NCBI GenBank assembly: GCA_040954595.2
Contig: CM082586.2
Coordinates: 6,372,509 to 6,436,508 of the forward strand
Direction: 5' to 3'
Source: Balanoglossus misakiensis
Lineage: Eukaryota > Animalia > Hemichordata
DNA: 64,000 bases
Shown here: one piece after another, positions 53,901 to 60,391 of the stretch
How positions within the stretch are numbered: the stretch's first letter is position 1
Layout: the number at the start of each line of letters is the position of its first letter
Notes under the pieces: generated by a model
Seen by the model: only the letters and a program-made list of their open reading frames with translations
Told to the model about the DNA's origin: nothing
Databases searched by the model: none
Made by a program: the position numbers and the translations under genes

Positions 53901-56900
53901 CCTCACTAGAAGCAGTAGTGGCCCTGTCGGACGTGTGCTACTATCAACTTGGCTTGAACCCAGACCTCAAGGCATGGCCTGCCAAAGACCTCTGCAACGA
54001 GTTCCCATCAAGGAATGACTTCCCCTTCTGGATTGGCGCTGACTGCGACGTGCTGTGTGTCTTTGGAAGGAGAGACGTGAAAGACAGAGAAGTCTGCATC
54101 TGCGAGTATGGTTACTGGGGACCAGCCTGTGAAGACCCTTGCTCTGGTGGCATTATATCACCGTGCAACAACCACGGGACCTGTGAGGCTGCAGACGGTT
54201 CGTGCAGTTGTGAACTCCACTGGCAGAGAGAAGACCAGGGTCCCGGATATGCCTGTTCCGAGTGTGCACTGGGATGGGCCGGCACAGATTGCGCCATCAG
54301 CTATCTGGACACGTCCGAGTCACACGGCATTTCCATCATCTTCGGAGATATCCACCTCACCACCTTAGATGCAGGCAGCTACCAGTTCGATTCACCAGGA
54401 ATATATCAACTTCTCTCGACATCGGTCACCACCATCCAGGCCCTGTTCCTGCCATGCAATGGTCAAACTGCCTGTCAGAAGATATCAGAAGTTGCCATCT
54501 TTACTGCTGAGAACGGAGTGTCTGTTATCACCGACACCTACTTCTCTGAGACGTTGACAATCTACAGACTTGTAAATGGAAAATGGGAAGAAACAGAAGA
54601 AGGATTTTCAAGCAAAGAAACATCTGGCACGTTTTCAGTTCTGGTCTGGGACAATGTAGTGAATGTAACAACACCAGACAATATCAACATAGTACTTGTT
54701 GTGTACGCAGAAGTTCTCTCGTGCATCATAGAACTTCCAGACGAAGTGGCTTTTGAGCCACAGACAATGATTGGATCGTGGGACCATGATTGGATCAACG
54801 ACCTAAATGTGGGCCTCGAACAGGAAGACACCCTGGTTCTGGTGAATGCGTCTTACTTTGTAACAGATGTTCTATCACAAGACTACGTAGACAGCACACT
54901 GAGTGAACATTTCCATGTCGATTTCTCAGACAGAAGGCTGGAGAGCGACTTTGCCTACATTGGAGATTTGATAACCGGGTACATGCTACGGTTCTACAGC
55001 GACCACGTAACGGTGGGTGACATTGCATTCGTGAATCTGCACGAGTTCACTCTGGACATCTGGGTGAGAGTCAATCACGATAACTACAGAGCCACCCAAA
55101 CCATCCTGGTTGTGGATGGAACAGAAGGCACCTTTGTCGTAAAATCTGTTGGTGGGGTCTTGACGATTGAATGGACAGTGGCAGATGGAACAAGCATCAA
55201 TACTGGCGTGACAATAGAGGCTCAGGTATGGACACACATCGCAATCACCTGGCGATCTTATGACGGCAGACTAGCAGTGTATTGCTACACAGCGACAACC
55301 AAAGTGACACTCACGTATATCACCTACAACATTCACGTTGCCAATACTTACAGCATAGTCGGCGACCTCCATCTCGGACAGCTCATCACGTCACGTGATA
55401 CTAATCCACAAGAAAGCTTCCAGGGTGACCTTGATCTCATAAGAATATGGTCCTATTGCAAGCACATCGACACCATCCAAGCTGACAGAGGTCATTACAG
55501 CGAAGACTACAAAGCTGGCTTGCTGCTTCGCATGCCCCTTGAAGAAGGCTACGGCATGAATACATCAGCTGAGATCTTTGAAAAGGAGTTTGGTTACGAT
55601 GAAGATGGAAATCCAATAGCAAACAGCAGCCACGTGTTGGGATATCTGGAGCCTCCCGATTCACCACCTACGTGGGTGCCGTCAGATTCACCCATAGACG
55701 TCACCCGCGACTACAGACCGCGCTTCCGAACCCCGCAAACCAGGGAAGGAGCGGAGAGCTTCTGCGAGGAGATGTTCTTCTCCGGCGCCTTCCAGGAGCA
55801 CTGCGTAGATCTCACGAGCGCGCACCGGTTCTACTACGAAGCCTGCATGGCGGACATCGCCGCCACCGACGACGTGTCCAAGGGGAACTCGTCCGTCAAC
55901 ATGTTTGCCGTCCTGTGCCAGAAGACACTGGAACTTCCCGAGGAGAACTTCTGTGGCTTCCACAAGTACTGCCAAGAGATCCCAACGACACCGGATGCAG
56001 AGACCCCAGTCTGGGTCATCATTGTTATCATACTTGTCATTCTGATCATTATCATCCTATGTTGCATCTGCTGCATAATCGTGGTGTATAAGAAGAAGAA
56101 AAGCAAAAAACGCGACAGAACAGAAGAGAGGGAGATTATCCTGGACATGCATTACGGTGTACCCCTGACAGCGAGCCGTCCGTCACTTGATGATTCCAAC
56201 GTAAGCAGTGAAGTGATGTCACCAATTGAAATGAAGTCCTTCCAGTACATTGACGATCAACATGAAGTCAGTTCACCGATAGAAGCGTGGCAGCAGAAGA
56301 AAACGGGACAACAACTGCCAGGGAGGACACAGGAAACCAGTGAGGCCGCCAACGAGTACGTGAGTGACATGTTCAAGGAGACACAATTTGGCTTCAGTGG
56401 TGTCAATGATGAGATGAACAGATATATGGAAGAGGGTGCGGATGATTCTAGACCATCTACATCTGATGAGCTTGCAAGGAGGTCGGCAGTCAGTGCTAGT
56501 GGCATCAATGCGCTTCGTATGGCTGACGACTCGACTTGTGACTCTGTTCCGACAATCCCGAATCTTGAGTCTGGAGAGAAGAAACTAACGAGTAGTAGTG
56601 ACGAGAATGGAAGAGGTACTCCCCGGCCGCGATCTGGTAGGCCTCACAGCGGTAGAGTGACTCCACTGCTCACTGACACCGATTCCCGCGAATCACCGGT
56701 ACCTTTGGCATGGTCGAAGGATCCCTCGCCATCTGAGGACACGCCGCCCGAACGAGAGCGAACGCCGACACCTCCCACCGTGCGCAAACGCTCCAAAGCC
56801 CAGGACGCCCTCAGAAAGCGATTGAGGGCCAAGAACCTGCCACCGCTGACGACAGAAAGGAAAAAAGGCAAAAGAAAGTATCGGAAGCACGGAAAGAAGG

Positions 56901-57262
56901 GAGAAGCTCCGGTCTCTCAGCACCTCGGAGAACCACCAGTGCCGGAAGTACCGAAATCAGACATACCGGCCGCAGACACCGTTGCTGCAATGCCGGTTGC
57001 TCCAACTGGAGGCGCTCCGGCATGGAGTTCGGGGACCAACAGCGAAGGCTACTCCTCCTCCAGTGACGGCAACTCCCGATCCCTGAGTATGGCCAGTCTG
57101 AAGAGCGAAGACGACAAGGCCTACATCGTCGACATGGATGACCTGCTCAGACTGCAGCATGGTGGACAGGCTGCACGTGGTCACACACCAATTCCAAATA
57201 TCGCCTCCGATTCTGACGACGATGAAGAAGATGTTTTGCTCGGCAAAGTTAGCAAGGCCTGA
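153..57262 (+). CDS. Giant single-pass membrane protein gene, 5'-truncated, 39 exons in window, at least 15,214 aa (Gly-rich modules + EGF array + VWD/LamG/C8-like repeats + TM + cytoplasmic tail)
   Basis: Hand-traced splice sites give 39 exons with matching intron phases; coding length 45,645 nt is divisible by 3 and ends in TGA at 57260-57262. Repeat motifs run on across exon junctions. No start exon or signal peptide is in the window. Confidence 0.9.
620..734 (+). CDS. Giant gene exon 2 (THWLEMTADTVLLDQAGVIDVSG...)
   Basis: ttttag|ACA acceptor, G|gtgagt donor; frame not in the ORF track; phase 0 in, 1 out. Confidence 0.8.
1053..1813 (+). CDS. Giant gene exon 3 (Gly-rich module 1)
   Basis: ccccag|GT, CAG|gttagt; ORF 1010..1843. 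Confidence 0.9.
2028..2209 (+). CDS. Giant gene exon 4
   Basis: cctcag|ATT, CG|gtatgt; ORF 1944..2228. Confidence 0.85.
2372..2597 (+). CDS. Giant gene exon 5
   Basis: gtgtag|G, AAG|gtatgc; ORF 2346..2609. Confidence 0.85.
3048..3399 (+). CDS. Giant gene exon 6
   Basis: tctcag|TCT, G|gtatga; ORF 3018..3470; GAGHGGQGG motif. Confidence 0.88.
3805..4010 (+). CDS. Giant gene exon 7
   Basis: catcag|CG, GCA|gtgagt; GGGAGGRIGV motif. Confidence 0.85.
4377..5028 (+). CDS. Giant gene exon 8
   Basis: ttgcag|GAT, T|gtaagt; ORF 4371..5066. Confidence 0.88.
5424..5649 (+). CDS. Giant gene exon 9 (YTIFGGSGGAHGGDGG...)
   Basis: attcag|AT, AG|gtatta; frame not listed in the ORF track but carries the family motif. 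Confidence 0.8.
6040..6134 (+). CDS. Giant gene exon 10 (GGGAGGSVWIDA)
   Basis: ttacag|A, G|gtaaga. Confidence 0.82.
6325..6530 (+). CDS. Giant gene exon 11
   Basis: aacag|GT, AAG|gtaagg; ORF 6315..6557. Confidence 0.85.
6907..8245 (+). CDS. Giant gene exon 12
   Basis: acacag|GTG, G|gtaaat; ORF 6886..8253. Confidence 0.9.
8452..11211 (+). CDS. Giant gene exon 13 (two Gly-rich modules)
   Basis: tttcag|GT, G|gtaagt; ORF 8376..11225. Confidence 0.92.
11510..11868 (+). CDS. Giant gene exon 14
   Basis: ccacag|GG, TTG|gtaagc; ORF 11572..11907. Confidence 0.87.
12165..12366 (+). CDS. Giant gene exon 15 (INGIGTGGGHGG...)
   Basis: ttctag|ATA, G|gtatat; family motif. Confidence 0.83.
12501..12584. 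mobile_element. 84-bp MITE-like element with piggyBac-like ends (copy 1)
   Basis: TIRs CCCTTTCACC...GGTGAAAGGG flanked by TTTA and TTAA; a diverged inverted copy lies at 61535-61619. Confidence 0.75.
12772..12955 (+). CDS. Giant gene exon 16
   Basis: tttcag|GA, GA|gtatgt; ORF 12762..12974. Confidence 0.85.
13212..13441 (+). CDS. Giant gene exon 17
   Basis: ttgtag|A, G|gtaggg; ORF 13258..13560. Confidence 0.83.
13485..13550 (+). repeat. CA/TACA-rich low-complexity repeat, intronic
   Basis: cacacacacacatatatgtacatacatcatatacatacacacacacgtacagacacatacac. Confidence 0.8.
13751..17805 (+). CDS. Giant gene exon 18 (4,055 nt; three Gly-rich modules)
   Basis: tttcag|GA, CTG|gtgagt; ORF 13762..17844. 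Confidence 0.93.
18167..18341 (+). CDS. Giant gene exon 19
   Basis: ttacag|GAC, G|gtaggt. Confidence 0.83.
18537..18773 (+). CDS. Giant gene exon 20
   Basis: ttgcag|CC, G|gtgagt. Confidence 0.85.
19013..19371 (+). CDS. Giant gene exon 21
   Basis: ttacag|GT, GAG|gtatta; ORF 19045..19389. Confidence 0.87.
19549..19909 (+). CDS. Giant gene exon 22
   Basis: atccag|GGA, G|gtatgt; ORF 19501..20115. Confidence 0.87.
19937..20068 (+). repeat. (TTGTA)n pentanucleotide microsatellite, intronic
   Basis: About 25 near-perfect units starting 27 nt after the exon 22 donor. Confidence 0.97.
20215..20517 (+). CDS. Giant gene exon 23
   Basis: ttacag|GT, G|gtgtgt; ORF 20289..20546. Confidence 0.85.
20855..27073 (+). 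CDS. Giant gene exon 24 (6,219 nt; five tandem Gly-rich modules)
   Basis: ttatag|GT, G|gtaaga; ORF 20884..27117. Confidence 0.94.
27310..27437 (+). CDS. Giant gene exon 25 (GGVPYGTIYGPTDIGSGGG...)
   Basis: tttcag|GT, AAA|gtgagc; family motif. Confidence 0.83.
27733..27886 (+). CDS. Giant gene exon 26
   Basis: ttgtag|GAC, G|gtaaag; ORF 27760..27948. Confidence 0.84.
28235..28536 (+). CDS. Giant gene exon 27
   Basis: cctcag|GC, GCG|gtgagc; ORF 28216..28575. Confidence 0.85.
28973..32594 (+). CDS. Giant gene exon 28 (last Gly-rich module joined to the start of the EGF array)
   Basis: tttcag|CAT, G|gtatgt; ORF 28994..32698 holds both domain types in one frame. Confidence 0.94.
32804..34597 (+). 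CDS. Giant gene exon 29 (EGF repeats)
   Basis: ttacag|GA, G|gtaagt; ORF 32878..34677. Confidence 0.92.
34944..35105 (+). CDS. Giant gene exon 30 (EGF; GIYCSVRGCPGIGESC...)
   Basis: atttag|GA, G|gtgagt. Confidence 0.85.
35450..35833 (+). CDS. Giant gene exon 31 (EGF; ends at a GC donor)
   Basis: ccgcag|GG; donor AG|gcaagt is needed for a phase-1 join to exon 32. Confidence 0.85.
35875..35904 (+). repeat. (CAT)10 microsatellite in a trinucleotide-rich intron
   Basis: Read directly; followed by TTG/ATT-rich tracts to about 36100. Confidence 0.95.
36236..36532 (+). CDS. Giant gene exon 32 (laminin-type EGF)
   Basis: atgcag|GT, G|gtaagt; ORF 36238..36573. Confidence 0.87.
36828..37137 (+). CDS. 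Giant gene exon 33
   Basis: atgtag|AC, AG|gtacat; ORF 36809..37177. Confidence 0.85.
37633..37765 (+). CDS. Giant gene exon 34 (RLPDTETEYIWHLAY...)
   Basis: ctgtag|G, AGT|gtaagt; supplies the phase 2-to-0 bridge between exons 33 and 35. Confidence 0.8.
37993..45804 (+). CDS. Giant gene exon 35 (7,812 nt; VWD/LamG units 1-4)
   Basis: ttgcag|AAA, CAG|gtaagc; ORF 37981..45846. Confidence 0.94.
45951..46987 (+). CDS. Giant gene exon 36 (unit 5, contains RKRR)
   Basis: ctgcag|ATA, AG|gtaagt; ORF 46065..46991. Confidence 0.9.
47141..47238 (+). CDS. Giant gene exon 37 (IFDNFEIQQNWN...IWKFNDGEG)
   Basis: ctttag|A, G|gtaagt; matches the LW.F.EG.G motif of the other units. Confidence 0.85.
47410..47623 (+). 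CDS. Giant gene exon 38
   Basis: taacag|GT, AG|gtaaaa; ORF 47430..47627. Confidence 0.85.
48052..57262 (+). CDS. Giant gene terminal exon 39 (9,211 coding nt; units 6-9, TM, cytoplasmic tail, stop)
   Basis: ctacag|T acceptor; ORF 48077..57262; AT-rich UTR-like sequence follows. Confidence 0.94.
56009..56089 (+). other. Single transmembrane helix with Cys cluster (VWVIIVIILVILIIIILCCICCIIVVY), followed by KKKKSKKR
   Basis: 27 uncharged, mostly aliphatic residues then a polybasic stop-transfer stretch, consistent with type I topology. Confidence 0.93.
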
Positions 57263-59764
57263 AACATTTGTCATAGAGCAAAGCACACCGACTGAGTATA
57301 TGTCACATGAATATATCAACAGATACATAAGCAGGATTGATATATTTTTTAATCAACATGACATGTACATACCTTTTTGGGTGCAATGAAGGATGATTTG
57401 TAACATTTTGTGTCTCAGTCCTTGCAATATATGCCATCAGTTTATTTGTATGTATACATATGCAATAATTTAAAAATAGAATATAAATATTTACAACTGA
57501 GTATCATTTTTGAAAGAAAAAAATCATGATTAGAACTAGCAACAAAACTACTATCCAGAAAGCCACGTTGTGTAAATTTTATTCAAATAATTTTTGACTT
57601 AATAGGATTTAATTTCATGTTTTGAAGATACCCAGATTCATGCAATACTCATAGTCTGCAAGAAACCAAATAATCCTACATCTAAGTAATTTTAAACTCA
57701 ATAACATTTTGACTTTACTATTCTACAGTTCCCTCCACTCCAAAAAAAATTCTCATTTAGATGTTGGGACTATTATACAAGTTGACCATATATTTCATGT
57801 TCAATATATTTCCCTATTGTTTTTTTATTCAAGGAATACTCCATTTACATTCCCGTTACATTCCCTCCATTTTGAATAGATGTGTGATAGAAATATGATG
57901 AATTTTCATTATTTTAGGTAAACACATTATTTATCTGGAATCAAAAGCACCTAAGTTCCCCCCATTTTAGAAAAGGAAACCTTTATTTACTCATTGCATT
58001 ATTATTGTTATTATATTTTCTTGCCCATAGATCCCTCCATTTAAAAGCAAACAGTAATTGTTAAATTGTTATTCTGCCTGTTGTGCTCATCCGAAAGCCC
58101 TCCAACCATAAGTAACATCTTTTTATTTTTTACATTTTTCACACAATACACATAAACCATCCATTTTCAGACAATGTACCATGTTATTTAGTAGTTCAAT
58201 AACCAAGATTATATCAAGATGGTTGCCATATTGTATTTACTGTCCTGTCATTTCCCGCCCATCAGTTAAGGATAGAGATTGATAAGGTTAGACTTGGTAT
58301 AATACAGTATGTTTGGTAAATGTCCACTAATCTATCCTAGAACCATCAAGATAACATTTTGATTTCATTTTTACTATCAGAATTGATATGATAATCAGGT
58401 TATGCAATTTGCATTTATGATTTCCATTAATTTAAAAGACGTTATGATTTCTTCATCTTTTGTGAATACAAATGTATATGTACTGCTTGATTCCTCACAT
58501 GAAGAAATTTTGACCAACTGTTTAATATGAATTCATTGCCTGTGCTATGAGTGTGAGGAGGTTTGACCATTGTATTATTTAGCCGGTCTTGATTTTTTTT
58601 CTCAGAGATCATTGGGTTCTTCTTCATGGTGTTTTTAGTTCTTGTCCATAAGAAACATAATGTGTATATAATGGAAAGGTATTTGATTTCGTCCAAAAGC
58701 CACGTTCAACCGTCCGCGAAGAATCTCTGCCAAAGATAGAATTACAGCTAATGGGAAAAAGAAACTGTGCATCATTTGAATGTAGTGAAATATTTCATAT
58801 TGAAAGTTTTCTACTTTAATTTTTTTTCTTAAAACTTTGCCCTTAGCACTACCAAGTGTGTGTTTTTACCATTTGCAAATGCCGATAGCTGTCCAGATAG
58901 AAAACACTTTGGAGATGACATTTGGAGCTCATAAGCATGCAACATTTGCCAGGAGAGTTTGAGTCAACAGCATCTATGGTACTTGGAATATAAGTGAGTG
59001 TGTATTCTGCTGGCAGAATAAGCTCGATTTCAGGAAGGCTGTTGAGTCCGTAATGACGTATTGGTGAGAGAAAAGCCTGCCATTCAACATCATTAAAGGA
59101 AAAAAGAAGATCTTCATCTCTACATAGACGGAATCATCTCTTTAATCCAGGAAACCCAAGGAGTATTTCCTACATGGACTCGATGATTCACTGTCATTTG
59201 CCATGTGCGTTTTAACATCCGATGCCAGATCATGTTGGGACAATTGACTACACATTTTCTTGAGGCGCCAGTGAACAGCAGAATATAGACGTCTTTCCAG
59301 AAGTTTTCTCCTGAACCACCGATGAAAGAATCTGTCTGGCCTGGTCAAGATAGGATGAATATATCATTTATAAAATCAACCAGTGAAATTTACAGTATTA
59401 CGAGTCTTGGTGGCTCCACCGCCCTGAATGAAACAGCCAAGTCTGTTAGAGACAGTTATCAAGCATGTATCAATGCAGATGGTAGGCACACATGGTATTG
59501 CTGGGGTTTGTTTTCCATTTTTTTAGATTTTTTTTTTTAGTCTTTGCTGATGCACAATTTCTTTTCACCATTACTTTCACTTAAAGCAATACATTACTTG
59601 CCATCAGTTTTACGTAAATGTATAGAGTTGGAGTCAGTACACTTATAACACCAAAGTTTACAACTAGCTTTTCAAAGTCGACCATATTCTCTTTTCCAGT
59701 CTGTTATTGGAAAGCAGAATTCAGATGTGCGGGAAATATATTGTTACATTATAATTTTCAAAGA

Positions 59765-59770
59765 AATAAA
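59765..59770 (+). terminator. Candidate polyadenylation signal of the giant gene
   Basis: First canonical AATAAA I found after the stop at 57262, with T/GT-rich sequence about 20-60 nt downstream. Confidence 0.4.
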
Positions 59771-59909
59771 CTATTATCAATCTAACATTGATGTTTTTAC
59801 TTTTGTGGATAACTGTGGTTAGTGTGACAAATATTTAGCATCTGTAACCGTTTGTGAATTCGGAACACAATACAACACATACTGAGAAAAATTAATTACA
59901 AATTAATCC

Positions 59910-59915
59910 TTTATT
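59910..59915 (-). terminator. Candidate polyadenylation signal of ACOX
   Basis: TTTATT on + (AATAAA on -), about 480 nt after the ACOX stop. Confidence 0.4.
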
Positions 59916-60391
59916 CCATTATTGAAAATTCTGCTACATCACAATTTCAATCGCATGGAATATATTATTGCTATGTGATTAAAATGTACAAGCCACTTAA
60001 ATCTCTTAAATCTTTTGATATTCCAGTGAAACCTGGTATAAAATGCATTGAAAATTGCCTAAGTTGCAGAGAAAATATATCTGCAGATAATACATACATT
60101 TCATTGATGTGAAAAAAAAAATAGATATTCAAGTACAATGTAAATGGATTCATTTATCATGTTTATATATTGTCTTTGATATCTTTTTCATGCCTTTGTC
60201 AATCAAATCATTCCGTCACTTAAAAAGAGAGAAGTTTTGCACTCATTGAACCCTCTGCCTGATACTCAGTGCTCAACCCTGAAAATAAGACGGTGAAATT
60301 TTCTTCTGTCTGTTATCATAATGGGTCAGGACGCCACCTAGAGGTGACACCCCACTTCTATGCTTTTCATACAGCATCAGTGTTGTCTTGG

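Larger units (their letters stand above)
38010..55980 (+). repeat. Nine [EGF/laminin-EGF - VWD - LamG/pentraxin-like - C8-like] units of about 630 aa
   Basis: VWD starts such as GHFTTCDG, SHFTMFDG, GHFNIFDG and GDIHLTTLD; LamG motifs F.G.IDE.RIW and LW.F.EG.G; C8-like FYY..C..D[IV]. Confidence 0.85.
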
